Source: a virus
Lineage: Duplodnaviria; Caudoviricetes
DNA: 37,822 bases
Strand: one strand, 5' to 3'
Virus record (IMG/VR): IMGVR_UViG_3300035527_000247
Location: 1-37,822 of that record
Made by a program: the position numbers and the translations under genes. The notes below the pieces were generated by a model. That model was not told where the DNA came from. It worked only from the letters and a program-made list of their open reading frames with translations, and did no database searches. This document shows positions 17,213 to 26,374 of the stretch, piece by piece (positions within the stretch are counted from its first letter, which is position 1; each line of letters starts with the position of its first letter).

Positions 17213-18382
17213 TCAATCCTCCTTTTTTAATGCCTGTAAAATTTCCTCGCCTTGCTTTGCGACATCAACCAAAACCTGACCTATCTTAAAAAGCATCCGC
17301 TCACGACGATCCGCAAGCTCAACCGGCAGGAAACCTAAAGCCTGATCGTTTTCAACTGCACAGATCTTGCAATACTTCGTAACAGGAACCATAAGCTCCT
17401 GATTAACCTTGTAATGCGTGATAACGCAACTGTGGCAGGTCTTTGCGTGCTTGCAGTGCTTGGCGCAACCGGTGTATTCCTTATCTATATTCAAGAATAT
17501 GCCCCTGATAAACGGCACCTCGTTGAATATATTGCCCAGTTTGAATATCCTTGCGCTTGCCGAACGGTGGCAGGGGTAAACGTCGCCATTATCCAGCACC
17601 GCAATGTAACTTTTACCGGCTTGGCAATACTCCTTCTCAGGTGGCATTTCGTCATTTACGATCTTGAGCGGTTTATCAATGAAGGCAATATGGAACGGAA
17701 TATCCTGTCGCTTGCAATACCGTCTGTAATGGTAAACCTGACCCAGCTGATAGGCGTACTGTTCAACAGCGTCATCCGTCCAATCGTCCTCAATAACAGC
17801 ATGGTGCATAATCTTCGTGACACCAATTTCCTGATGCAGATACTTGATGTTAATCGATAAACGACCAACGGTCTTTGGCGTGAACGTCATCCGCACACTC
17901 ATGTCAGGTTTAATCTTTAAAATCTTCTTCATGTTCTCAACGATAAGGCTGTAATCCCCATGACGATACTCTGCATGGGTGATCTCATCGCCATCGCAAC
18001 TGACCTGAATCGCCATACCTAACTCTGCAAACCGTTTGAATAACTCCTCATCGAAATACGTTCCGTTTGTTGAAATCGAGAATGTAGAAGTATGCCGACC
18101 CTTATCATCAGGTGGCCAGAGAGTGCGTGCATATTCAGCAAGCTCCAACACCGTCTGAGGGAAAAGTAAAGGCTCTCCCCCGAAGAACGTGATCTGCATA
18201 GCGTCCGGGCTTAACTGTTTCATCCGATCAAGAATCTTTTTGCCTTGATCAACCGATAGAACAGCTCCAGTCTTTGGGTGAAAACAGTAATCGCATTTCA
18301 TGTTGCATTTCTCGGTAATAAATAGATCAACGCTTTTGATCTCGTTCTTTAAATTACCGGCTACTAATTCTTGTTCTGACAT
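17213..18382 (-). CDS. Radical SAM/SPASM-domain enzyme (third of three)
   Basis: CNMKCDYC (CX3CX2C), FFGGEP, SPASM CQAG...GDVYPC...CAKHCKHAKTCHSC...YC. Confidence 0.93.
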   Translation of the reverse strand: MSEQELVAGNLKNEIKSVDLFITEKCNMKCDYCFHPKTGAVLSVDQGKKILDRMKQLSPDAMQITFFGGEPLLFPQTVLELAEYARTLWPPDDKGRHTSTFSISTNGTYFDEELFKRFAELGMAIQVSCDGDEITHAEYRHGDYSLIVENMKKILKIKPDMSVRMTFTPKTVGRLSINIKYLHQEIGVTKIMHHAVIEDDWTDDAVEQYAYQLGQVYHYRRYCKRQDIPFHIAFIDKPLKIVNDEMPPEKEYCQAGKSYIAVLDNGDVYPCHRSASARIFKLGNIFNEVPFIRGIFLNIDKEYTGCAKHCKHAKTCHSCVITHYKVNQELMVPVTKYCKICAVENDQALGFLPVELADRRERMLFKIGQVLVDVAKQGEEILQALKKED

Positions 18383-19449
18383 CTGTGACTCCTTTCAAGT
18401 TCTATATATTTTTTTATAACCTTAAACAAAACCTTATTCATCCCGCAGTAACCGGGTTCGGGCTTTAACATGTCGCCCATATGCTCAAGGTTTAATCCTA
18501 AACACTTATTCCGAGGACACTGTTTATACAGCTCACACCCTTCACAATACTGACCCAAATACTTCTCACGATTCTCGTCAATCTCCCAAACATAATCCAG
18601 CTTTGAATAATCAATGCCGTCATAAACCGTCCCTAATTTGTTATGCTGGCAGATATACATGTTGTCGCACTGCCAAATACCGCCCGCAGTGTCGATAAAT
18701 AAACGCTCTAATCCTGTCCGGCAGAAGTGAAAGTCTTTGACCTGAGCCTTTAACCCGAACTCCCTGGCATAAGCGTTTGAGTGCAGTGCCGGATTAAGCG
18801 TCTTATACAGCTCTGATTCACGTTTATACTTCTGAAGCAACTTGAAATACTGCTCGGCGAACCTCTCCAAATCTTCTTCCTTATGGTCAAAGCGGGTAGC
18901 AAGATCAATTGTAATGTTGTGCGTTATGTTGTTCGCAATGTAATCAAAATCTTCCTCGAGCTTGTCATAACGAACGACCATAAAGTTCACATTATGGTTG
19001 GGATTATCACGCACAAGTTTCAGCATACCGGGTTCAGCTTCTGCTTTCTGACGAACCCCGCCATACTTCTCGTAGCAGTTGCCAAACGACCATGTGAGAC
19101 CAATGCTTCGATTGCCTAAGAAGTAGTCCAGCATTTCACCTTTAACCAAAGACCCATTGGTGTTGGTGTGAAACTGCATTTGCGGATACTTTTCCATAAC
19201 TTGCTTAATCACCTTAAAGTTAATCGTCGGCTCACCACCCCAGAAGTAGATCGTGAACTTGGGATCAAGTTTCAGTTTCGTAAAACAGAACTCCAAAATG
19301 TCATCCGCAGTCTTAGTCGACATGCTTGCAGGCCCGAGCGTTGACATAGGATTGCGATCAAACAAACCCTTCCGATAACAGAACGAGCAGTGAACATTGC
19401 ACGCATGAGTCAAATACAGATAGACTGATTTATACGTAGGAATCCTCAT
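18364..19449 (-). CDS. Radical SAM/SPASM-domain enzyme (second of three)
   Basis: CNVHCSFC, FWGGEP, SPASM CRTG...GGIWQC...CEGCELYKQCPRNKC...C. Confidence 0.93.
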   Translation of the reverse strand: MRIPTYKSVYLYLTHACNVHCSFCYRKGLFDRNPMSTLGPASMSTKTADDILEFCFTKLKLDPKFTIYFWGGEPTINFKVIKQVMEKYPQMQFHTNTNGSLVKGEMLDYFLGNRSIGLTWSFGNCYEKYGGVRQKAEAEPGMLKLVRDNPNHNVNFMVVRYDKLEEDFDYIANNITHNITIDLATRFDHKEEDLERFAEQYFKLLQKYKRESELYKTLNPALHSNAYAREFGLKAQVKDFHFCRTGLERLFIDTAGGIWQCDNMYICQHNKLGTVYDGIDYSKLDYVWEIDENREKYLGQYCEGCELYKQCPRNKCLGLNLEHMGDMLKPEPGYCGMNKVLFKVIKKYIELERSHRCQNKN

Positions 19450-20663
19450 TTACGACCCCCATGATAAAGCTCGTCCACACCAGTCTCGATAGCTTTGCGA
19501 GCAATATATTCGTGCGTTGAAGCCTCAATCCTGTTTGCCCAGCAATGATTCGGCGCAGGTTTAAGCGGATTGCCAGTCACTGTATAGTTCTCAGCTAAAC
19601 ACATCGCTCGAGGACAACAACGTATATCGCCGTCAAGGCAAACCTCACACCCACGGCAATGCTCGTAAAGGTCGTCTATCCAGTCACCCATCTTTTTGAA
19701 GAAGTACGCTGTATCGTTAAACCCTGCCTTAACGTCGCCGATCTTAAACTCTGGGAAGTTAGCAAAGAAGTCGCAAGGAAAAATCTCACCCTTGTTATTA
19801 ATAGCGATGTAAAGATAACCGCACCCGCAGAACGTAGGCGGGACATCTTTTAAATCAACGCCTTTTAATTTGCGATAGATATTGTTCTTAAACGCAATGT
19901 CCCACTGCGACCGGTTAAATTTCGGCTCACCGCTAAAATAAACATAATCGGCTATGCGTTTAAATATCTCCTTAAACTGCTCGTTCTTGTTTTTGACAAT
20001 ATCCCAGTGCCGAGCAGAAGAAACACGCACAACCGGCACGCCGTATTCATAAAGATAAATAATCTCGTCATAAACACTCTCATCTTCAGGGTCATCAACC
20101 ACGTAATGAACATCCCCTCCGTTAGCCTTTACCAAATCAAGAACAGGCTCTGCTTTCTGCAAATATGACTTTCCCAACACTCTCTTAAGGGCAGATATAC
20201 TCACGCTGAGGTTAAGATGATACTTGTGTTTGAGAACCCAATCCCGCAATTCAGGATCATTGAGAAGAATAAGACCGTTTGTCGTAACTACGTACCGATA
20301 CATGCAATACGTATCACAAAGGTATTTCACCATCGGAATATTCACAAATGGTTCACCGCCAAATATGCTGAATTTAACTTTACGTTCATCAAACGTCTTT
20401 GACACCCAAGACATCGTCTTATCAATAACGCTCTGCGGGATATCCGAATTCTTCTGCCTGAACTCTTTGGGCTGATAACAATAGGGGCAATTTAAATTAC
20501 AATCCTGCGTCATCAAAAAATAAACGGTGGTATATTCCTGACGGCCATTCGTGATTGAATCAACATCAAACATGCCTTCGCCCTTATACCGTTTAATGAT
20601 GTCCCTGCATTGAGAGGGCAAATCACCGCATGATTTAGATCTTTTCAGTTCAAATACCGACAT
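19446..20663 (-). CDS. Radical SAM/SPASM-domain enzyme (first of three)
   Basis: CNLNCPYC, IFGGEP, SPASM CGCG...GEIFPC...CRGC...CCPRAMC...C. Confidence 0.93.
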   Translation of the reverse strand: MSVFELKRSKSCGDLPSQCRDIIKRYKGEGMFDVDSITNGRQEYTTVYFLMTQDCNLNCPYCYQPKEFRQKNSDIPQSVIDKTMSWVSKTFDERKVKFSIFGGEPFVNIPMVKYLCDTYCMYRYVVTTNGLILLNDPELRDWVLKHKYHLNLSVSISALKRVLGKSYLQKAEPVLDLVKANGGDVHYVVDDPEDESVYDEIIYLYEYGVPVVRVSSARHWDIVKNKNEQFKEIFKRIADYVYFSGEPKFNRSQWDIAFKNNIYRKLKGVDLKDVPPTFCGCGYLYIAINNKGEIFPCDFFANFPEFKIGDVKAGFNDTAYFFKKMGDWIDDLYEHCRGCEVCLDGDIRCCPRAMCLAENYTVTGNPLKPAPNHCWANRIEASTHEYIARKAIETGVDELYHGGRK

Positions 20664-21045
20664 CTTTTCTCCAATCTAATTTGCTCGAATCCTCATTTAT
20701 TGCTTTCACGTCCATGCCGATCCTGTCTGTTATCATTTGAACCTTGTCTTTGTCCAATGGGGCAATATGTGAAAGATAAACCTTGTTCTTTTTATCTCCG
20801 GCGATGATCAGAAGATAATCGGAAGTATTACCATTGATCCCTTCAACGCCAAGCCCCTGATACACTTCCTGCAACGCTGAAATAAAACTATTAACGTCCG
20901 CAAACCTACCTTGAGTAAAAGTTCCGACGCTATCATCTTCTAAATTATTCTTAACCCAATAAATCAACTCGGTTATCGTGTCTTCTTTTTCATGAACCGA
21001 TATAGCCTTCGTCAATTTATGCGGCTTCATTTGGTCTTTAAACAT
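20650..21045 (-). CDS. Hypothetical protein between the Cys-rich gene and the rSAM cluster
   Basis: Start reassigned to MFKDQMK at 21045, 4 nt after the Cys-rich gene stop; 131 aa; overlaps the first rSAM start. Confidence 0.7.
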   Translation of the reverse strand: MFKDQMKPHKLTKAISVHEKEDTITELIYWVKNNLEDDSVGTFTQGRFADVNSFISALQEVYQGLGVEGINGNTSDYLLIIAGDKKNKVYLSHIAPLDKDKVQMITDRIGMDVKAINEDSSKLDWRKDVGI

Positions 21046-21049
21046 CTCA

Positions 21050-21775
21050 TCACCATGAATAAGGGTTACATTTACAATTCCAAGCCGTATGGTTATGCCC
21101 ACCTTGATACTCACACGATCCCCAGTTTGATCCAGGTGGTGCATATGAACACCAATCCCACGGCACATACCCATCCCACGCAACAGGTGGATTCGCCGAC
21201 TTATACGGATATTCTGTCGCTGAAGGCAAATTGATACTCGCACAATTCCAATAATGATTTATCGAATGATGGCACTCTGAATATTTATGATCATCACAAG
21301 CTACCGAAGCATGAGAACATGACGTATAGTGATAACCGCAATCCGCACAATACTGGCACTGCTCCGTCTCGCAAATACAACTTGTCATAAGAGCCTCAAC
21401 AACGTCTCTGGCTTCTCTGAAATGAACGCCTCTGACCTCTGTAATAAGGGCAGTAATTGTTGGATCGGTTAAATCTATACATCCAGAATTATCCTCCGGA
21501 CAGTAACTCGACTCACCTCGACCAGACTTGCACTGTGCAAGCTCAGACCTAAGTTCATCCATATGAACTTTCCTGATCTCAGTCACTAACGCTGTAATAC
21601 TCGGATCTGTGTAGCTCCCTGTAGATTTACCCCTGCGGGTAAACTCCGCATTTAACATCGATCTCAACTCGTCCATATGCGGTTTGCGCACCTCTGTTGT
21701 TAAATCCGTGATAGTCGGATCAGTCCAAGAGGGCGTATTGCCTGAACATTGTTTTGGTGGTAATAAATGCGCCAT
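21050..21775 (-). CDS. Cys-rich repeat protein; putative tail-fibre component and rSAM substrate
   Basis: 241 aa with three TDPxITxLxTE(V/I)RxxHxxExR repeats and 17 Cys. The C-terminal half is rich in C/H/W/Y. RBS AGGAG. Confidence 0.75.
   Translation of the reverse strand: MAHLLPPKQCSGNTPSWTDPTITDLTTEVRKPHMDELRSMLNAEFTRRGKSTGSYTDPSITALVTEIRKVHMDELRSELAQCKSGRGESSYCPEDNSGCIDLTDPTITALITEVRGVHFREARDVVEALMTSCICETEQCQYCADCGYHYTSCSHASVACDDHKYSECHHSINHYWNCASINLPSATEYPYKSANPPVAWDGYVPWDWCSYAPPGSNWGSCEYQGGHNHTAWNCKCNPYSW
21407..21727 (-). repeat. Three degenerate ~22-aa coding repeats
   Basis: WTDPTITDLTTEVRKPHMDELR (aa17-38), YTDPSITALVTEIRKVHMDELR (aa55-76), LTDPTITALITEVRGVHFREAR (aa102-123). Confidence 0.9.
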
Positions 21776-21783
21776 ATCAACTC

Positions 21784-22284
21784 CTATGTGGCATAAACCG
21801 CTGTGCCAGCACCAAAATCAAAGAAACCTTTTGAGCCGACATCATTTGTTCCATAATATTTATTGTTACCCGGAGAAGCCACTCCGCCTTCCAGCTTGCC
21901 GGTGCCAACCCCGCCATCCTTTAACTGCAACTGGTCACTGCCTGATACCTGAAACATCGCTGTATCGATTAATCCGTCCAAATACTCCGGCGTTGTATCG
22001 CTTACATCAGCTTTTAATTTGTTGGGCGAATTAGCAAACGGTAAAACACCAGCCGCTGAAGGCACACTTGCCAAACCTGTGAGGGCTGACCCATGAACCT
22101 TATTCACAGTCGTAATCTGCGCCAACTTTGCATCTTCAATGCCAGCACCCGGGGCAACCTTATCGTTAGTGATCTGCAAATTAGGATCCGCACCCAACTC
22201 TAATGCTTCCCAGTTCGCACGGCATGCGGCAGGGAAGTTAATCAAAAGCATGTCATTTTCTGGTTTTGTCTTGTCCCATGCCAT
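21784..22284 (-). CDS. Putative tail-fibre proximal/adaptor protein
   Basis: Start reassigned to MAWDKTKPEND at 22284 behind AAGGAGG (166 aa). ITNDKV, IEDAKL and VGTGKL are fibre-shaft-like motifs; follows the gpJ-like gene. Confidence 0.6.
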   Translation of the reverse strand: MAWDKTKPENDMLLINFPAACRANWEALELGADPNLQITNDKVAPGAGIEDAKLAQITTVNKVHGSALTGLASVPSAAGVLPFANSPNKLKADVSDTTPEYLDGLIDTAMFQVSGSDQLQLKDGGVGTGKLEGGVASPGNNKYYGTNDVGSKGFFDFGAGTAVYAT

Positions 22285-22531
22285 CGGATACCTCCTTATT
22301 TTTATACTTCTCGGCAACCTCATTCATGTCGTACAGCTCAACTCCGTGTTCACGTAAAGTCTCAATCCAGCAAACATCGTGCATGAAAAGGTTCTGAGCA
22401 TAGTTATATGCTTGCTCAACACAGGTGTAGACCATAGGGCGTTTGCGGGGAGTCCTCAAAACAATATCTCCTCGGACAACAACATACGCCATCGCCTCTG
22501 AAATCTTTTGTTTACACCTGTGGCAATTCAT
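22253..22531 (-). CDS. Small zinc-finger-like protein
   Basis: CHRC near the N-terminus and HDVC later (CxxC...HxxC); 92 aa. Confidence 0.6.
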   Translation of the reverse strand: MNCHRCKQKISEAMAYVVVRGDIVLRTPRKRPMVYTCVEQAYNYAQNLFMHDVCWIETLREHGVELYDMNEVAEKYKNKEVSDGMGQDKTRK

Positions 22532-22742
22532 CGATTACTCCTTCACTTGTCTTTGCGTGTTTAATAAATTTATCCAGCAATCCATTAAAAGCAGGTTTGC
22601 TAAAATTCGCATTCTTTAAACCAATCGTCTTTGTTTTTCCTATCGATCCGTTATCGTTAACCTTATAAATAATGACTCCGTTGACGAATTTGCCGTCAAC
22701 GAACTCAATAACAATTTTGCAAGGTTCTAATTTCTTTGCCAT
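22512..22742 (-). CDS. Hypothetical protein
   Basis: 76 aa, RBS AGGAG, directly after the tail-tip gene. Confidence 0.6.
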   Translation of the reverse strand: MAKKLEPCKIVIEFVDGKFVNGVIIYKVNDNGSIGKTKTIGLKNANFSKPAFNGLLDKFIKHAKTSEGVIDELPQV

Positions 22743-22750
22743 GATCGCTC

Positions 22751-25700
22751 CTAAATTCCGTGGCTGTGCCAGTCAAACATTCCTGCCTGAGCCACGCCCT
22801 GTGCGTTATAAAGTTTTACTTCAAACCCTGTTATTGTTTTATTCTCAAACCGTGCGTAAATGCCATCCCCAGTTGTAATCTCAATATGCACACTCGGTTC
22901 TTCGTGATACGTTTTTGTAAAAAATATCTCCTTGCCGTCATCGGCAACCGTAATCTCATCGCTTCCATGCTCATCCACATCCGGCAAATCACCGAAGTAG
23001 GCTAAAGTAGAGCAGGTCACATAATCACCCAAGTTCTCTCTTGTTAAGGTCATCTCAATTTGAAAATACCGGCAATAATAATCACCTGCCTGATAATCCA
23101 CCCAATCGCTCCATACAATGTTGTCTTCAGAAGTCTTTATCCTAAAGCTGGCCGCTCTGAGTGTTTCTTGACCTGTAAACCTGAAAGAAACGTTATCATC
23201 GAAGCGTGACGTACCATCACTGTTAAAACGCCTTCCTGTCGAGATTGAAGCAATAACATCAACGCCTATATAAACTGTTGCGACATACCCAATATCCCTG
23301 ACCGGCGTCTCATATGATCCTGATAACTGACCGTCTGAGATAATAAGCGTTTCTGAATCTCGCTCGAGGTTGGAAAGGGTGCCTAGCCAATCGGGATGTT
23401 CTTCATATTCCGCAATGATATTTCTAAACGGAATAGTACTAACAGTGACAATCGCTTCCTTAGCGTTCTCTGAATAGTTGCCCGATGTATCCATAGCTTT
23501 AATCCAGTAACTCTGCTCAACGCCTCGTTTGACATCAGTCGTTAAATACGAAGTGCCTTGCTGAAAGGTAATAAGCTCACCACTTTCCCAGTCAATACCA
23601 CGCCTTATTTCATAACCCCACACGTCAACATCGCTGATTGCAGTCCATCCGAGATAAAGCATGTCACGGTTCTGATTAACCAAAAATGAAGTTACATCCG
23701 AGGGCGGTGCGGACTTACCGACAATAGTAATCTCCTGAGTAGGCGAGGTTTCAAAATCGCCTTCCTCTCCGTTATCCGTAACAGAAACAACTCGAACCTT
23801 ATATGTGTGGTCATCAATGATGTCGCCAAGTATCTGAAAATGCGTTCCAGTAGTTTCACCCCTGAAGCCCCAGCTTGATCCGTCGTTATCGCTTATATAA
23901 ACCTTTGCTTTTGCGTAAGTCTTAACGTAATGCGAAGCAACATTGGGCTTATCAAACCAAACATCAATAGCGTTCTCGATCGTGCCGTCTGCTTTTTTGA
24001 CCAAAACTTCAGTCAAATTAAGGTTCTCAACATTAGGTATCTCCGAAGACAAAGAAGAATAGTTGGTGTTCGGCAGAATGATATCCGAATCGTCATATAC
24101 GTTTTCGTTATACTCAAGAGCCTGTATCTGACACTCGTTCGTGCCTTCACGCTGGATTGACACAACACGGAAATCTTTCTTAATCTTGTTGGTCTCGCCG
24201 ATAGCGTAAACATCATAAGCCTGCGGAACATAGCTGAACTCCTCACATACGATCTCCGTGCAAGTTCCAGTAGGCGATGTAATCAACTTCTCCTCAATAA
24301 CATCATCTGAAAAACGAATTTGTATCTTGTAAGACTTACCGTCCTCAATCACCATTTCACGATCAAGTTTTATAAGCGTAGTTGTCGAGTCCGGCTGAAT
24401 CCTGCCTGAAAAACCCCATTGAGGAACGTCGTGTGAAATCGAAATAATATCCCCAGCCTGACAGGCGATAGCGTCAATTCCTGCCCTGAAGGTGATTGAA
24501 CGATTGATATATCGTGCAACCTTTAATGCGTATCGAGCCGCTCGGATAGCGTAACTTGTGCGTGTCGTAAAAAGCCTGATCTGACTCTTACGCATAGGCT
24601 CACCCGAAGATAAAGCGTCCTCATCAATGTATGAAACCGTCTCCTGACGGTATCCTTTATCCTTATCCATAAACTGAATCTCGATCACATTGGGAATCTC
24701 TTTAAGGGTTTTCCAGCTCTGAGCGAAAGTGTCTTTAACGATATTCCCCATGCCGAAAAGTTGTGTCGGATTTGATTCTTTGTCGATCTTGAAAGATAAC
24801 CCTCCAGCACTGTAAACAGGCATTGCGTTAAACGTTGCACAAAGCTGAATGAGCATATCAAGTGCTTTAGTATTGGAATCAATAACGACATCCATCCTGA
24901 ACCGCTTCTCAAAACCACCTGCACCGTCGGGAACCTTTTCCTCGCAATATTGAGCCATCTCTAAGAGTAAAGCGTTATCCAAATTCGCATGAGATATAAA
25001 CTCACCCAAACCGTAACGGTAGTTCGTATTAAAATCCCTTAAGCACCAAACAGGATTGGCGCAATACTGATTGACATAAGAAGACCCATCCCAATCAAGC
25101 AAAGTATCATCCGCAAGCAACCGGTAATCTGACCCATCCCAGTAATAATCTTCCCAGTCAATCGGCACTCCCGCATTACGCACATCCGGTGCTGACACTT
25201 TTCTGCCTTTAACAACCGCTGTTATGTTAGGCATAGAACCCGAAAGCTGATCCGTTGCCAATAGCTTCAGCCCCAAAAGGACAGTATTTGGATACCTTAG
25301 GTCATCTGTTTTAATCTCATCCATCTGAAACCACATAAGATCACCTTGTCTTAATGGATCCAATGACGAGTCATTCGATGTTCGTGTCACACGAATATCG
25401 TATTGACCGGGTGCAAGACCTTCTTTGCGGAACATTCTGCGAACAGTTGATCGTGACTTTGCAGAGATAGTGGTCTCTCCCAAATCAATGTAAGTCGGGT
25501 CTGTATGAAGTTTGTATTCAACCTTGAAAGTAACGCTCCAGCTTGAAATCCCGCCACCGCCACTTTGCTGATACAACCCGCTACCAAGCCTTAAATGAAC
25601 CTCAAATGCCTCAACATCAGAATCAACAGTGGTGTAAACGTGAGGATTATCTTTTGTGAGGTTCACATTAACCGAATAAAGGTTATGCAGATCTTCAAAG

Positions 25701-26374
25701 TTAGGGATAACCGTCTGTGAATTTGTGCCGAACCTTTCATACATCGTTACTCCGCCGAAATTCCCAAGAGGGTTGTTGTTTATTTCAATATCTCCAATGG
25801 ATTCAATCTCACCTTCACAAAGAGCGAGTAGAACATTTAAATAATTTTTGTCACCGTCATCCCTTAAAAACTGGTTTATGATATTTCCACCGATCTTATG
25901 CTCACCGTAAACAACCGCTATCGGAACGCCAACCTCCTGAATAGTCTGAGCACCATCCCATCCATAAGTGGGCGATCCTTCATCAAGACCGCCTGAGGGT
26001 CCGCTCCCAAGGTTAAAATCAGGCATCCTCGGCTGGTTCATGTACTGATAAATTGAGTAACCCATCGACAGCATGTAGAACGTAAATAGAAAAGGGTGTG
26101 CGACCGCATAAGCCGCTATGGCTGAAACGACCCAAGAGATGACTGCTACTACCGGAGCTTTAACTTCAGGAATCACCGTAATCTCGTCATCATCTTCGAG
26201 TTTAGTGTCAATCTCGCTTATCCGTTTGCCTGAAACAATGACACGTTTTTCTTTATAATCGAATCCCGATTCGTCCAGAAAATCACGCAAAGACTTATCC
26301 CTTGAAAAGGAAAGCTCCTTAACTTGTGCGTCTTCCAACTTAAATGGATTGTCTATGTTTCGTATTACTACCAT
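22751..26374 (-). CDS. Tail tip / host-specificity protein, lambda gpI-gpJ-like fusion
   Basis: N-terminal ubiquitin-like segment, GVPIAVVYGEHKIGGN, LCEGEIESI, LRYPNT, VKGRKV, NPVWCLRD, AGDIISISH and FN3-like C-terminal domains; 1207 aa. Confidence 0.88.
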   Translation of the reverse strand: MVVIRNIDNPFKLEDAQVKELSFSRDKSLRDFLDESGFDYKEKRVIVSGKRISEIDTKLEDDDEITVIPEVKAPVVAVISWVVSAIAAYAVAHPFLFTFYMLSMGYSIYQYMNQPRMPDFNLGSGPSGGLDEGSPTYGWDGAQTIQEVGVPIAVVYGEHKIGGNIINQFLRDDGDKNYLNVLLALCEGEIESIGDIEINNNPLGNFGGVTMYERFGTNSQTVIPNFEDLHNLYSVNVNLTKDNPHVYTTVDSDVEAFEVHLRLGSGLYQQSGGGGISSWSVTFKVEYKLHTDPTYIDLGETTISAKSRSTVRRMFRKEGLAPGQYDIRVTRTSNDSSLDPLRQGDLMWFQMDEIKTDDLRYPNTVLLGLKLLATDQLSGSMPNITAVVKGRKVSAPDVRNAGVPIDWEDYYWDGSDYRLLADDTLLDWDGSSYVNQYCANPVWCLRDFNTNYRYGLGEFISHANLDNALLLEMAQYCEEKVPDGAGGFEKRFRMDVVIDSNTKALDMLIQLCATFNAMPVYSAGGLSFKIDKESNPTQLFGMGNIVKDTFAQSWKTLKEIPNVIEIQFMDKDKGYRQETVSYIDEDALSSGEPMRKSQIRLFTTRTSYAIRAARYALKVARYINRSITFRAGIDAIACQAGDIISISHDVPQWGFSGRIQPDSTTTLIKLDREMVIEDGKSYKIQIRFSDDVIEEKLITSPTGTCTEIVCEEFSYVPQAYDVYAIGETNKIKKDFRVVSIQREGTNECQIQALEYNENVYDDSDIILPNTNYSSLSSEIPNVENLNLTEVLVKKADGTIENAIDVWFDKPNVASHYVKTYAKAKVYISDNDGSSWGFRGETTGTHFQILGDIIDDHTYKVRVVSVTDNGEEGDFETSPTQEITIVGKSAPPSDVTSFLVNQNRDMLYLGWTAISDVDVWGYEIRRGIDWESGELITFQQGTSYLTTDVKRGVEQSYWIKAMDTSGNYSENAKEAIVTVSTIPFRNIIAEYEEHPDWLGTLSNLERDSETLIISDGQLSGSYETPVRDIGYVATVYIGVDVIASISTGRRFNSDGTSRFDDNVSFRFTGQETLRAASFRIKTSEDNIVWSDWVDYQAGDYYCRYFQIEMTLTRENLGDYVTCSTLAYFGDLPDVDEHGSDEITVADDGKEIFFTKTYHEEPSVHIEITTGDGIYARFENKTITGFEVKLYNAQGVAQAGMFDWHSHGI

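Noticed and set aside
17213-20663. rSAMs as housekeeping, cofactor (PqqE, MoaA, NirJ) or DNA-modification (QueE-type) enzymes
   Set aside because: No partner pathway genes or sulfatase nearby; all three carry SPASM domains and sit in the tail region beside a Cys-rich gene.
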